Part shown: piece after piece, positions 36,121 to 36,214 of the stretch
Layout of the letters: each line of letters starts with the position of its first letter
Numbering within the stretch: position 1 is the stretch's first letter
Source: a virus
Lineage: Duplodnaviria; Caudoviricetes
Length of the DNA: 36,214 bases
Reading direction: 5' to 3' (one strand)
Virus record (IMG/VR): IMGVR_UViG_3300044676_001919
Location: 1-36,214 of that record
Notes under the pieces: generated by a model
Told to the model about the DNA's origin: nothing
Database searches by the model: none
Seen by the model: the letters and a program-made list of their open reading frames with translations, nothing else
Translations under genes and position numbers: made by a program

Positions 36121-36214
36121 CGCCAGCCCAGTTTGGATTACCTCTATACTCATCGAGTATTTTTGATTTATACAAATCATCCATAGTCAAATAAATTTTC
36201 TTAGCTACTATGTA
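36113..36214 (-). CDS. 3' end of a CDS entering from outside the window (...MDDLYKSKILDEYRGNPNWAGDD*)
   Basis: Open frame from the edge to TGA at 36113-36115, overlapping the next ATG. Confidence 0.5.
   Translation of the reverse strand, partial: YIVAKKIYLTMDDLYKSKILDEYRGNPNWAGDD

Larger units (their letters stand above)
1..36214 (-). mobile_element. Siphovirus-type bacteriophage (or prophage) virion morphogenesis operon
   Basis: Canonical order terL-portal-protease-MCP-connectors-MTP-TAC-TMP-Dit-tail tip-fibres, all on the minus strand with TAATG/ATGA overlaps. No sheath gene and no host genes. Confidence 0.97.

Noticed and set aside
36150-36195. Sigma70-like promoter TTGACT...TATAAA on the minus strand
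   Set aside because: Spacer is only 12 nt and the site lies within an open reading frame.
1-36214. Stop-codon reassignment
   Set aside because: Core genes are intact in code 11, and TAA, TGA and TAG all terminate genes at sensible boundaries.

Overview
AT-rich (GC roughly one-third by eye) fragment of a tailed dsDNA phage genome with siphovirus organisation and an HK97-type head. The whole window is one tightly coupled minus-strand late operon. From right to left it reads: small Zn-finger/HNH genes, terminase large subunit, portal, prohead protease, major capsid, head-tail connectors, major tail protein, tail assembly chaperones with a clear -1 frameshift site, tape measure, distal tail, tail-tip/hub genes, an S74-chaperoned fibre and a >2250-aa repetitive fibre that runs off the left edge (absent from the ORF track). 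Unusual points: (i) portal and protease carry long C-terminal strings of extra domains separated by E-x-K motifs, the same motif that fills the capsid delta domain, suggesting protease-released capsid cargo; (ii) the tail-tip gene appears split in the middle of a LamG domain, with a GH24 lysozyme-like module between the halves, and split again in the middle of a repeat; (iii) an 1155-aa basic protein occupies the slot of the normally small neck protein; (iv) the giant fibre has a type-1 copper-like motif; (v) several unannotated micro-ORFs, including an 18-aa Lys-rich peptide. All family assignments come from motif recognition and synteny, not database searches. No tRNA, rRNA, CRISPR, integrase or replication genes were seen.
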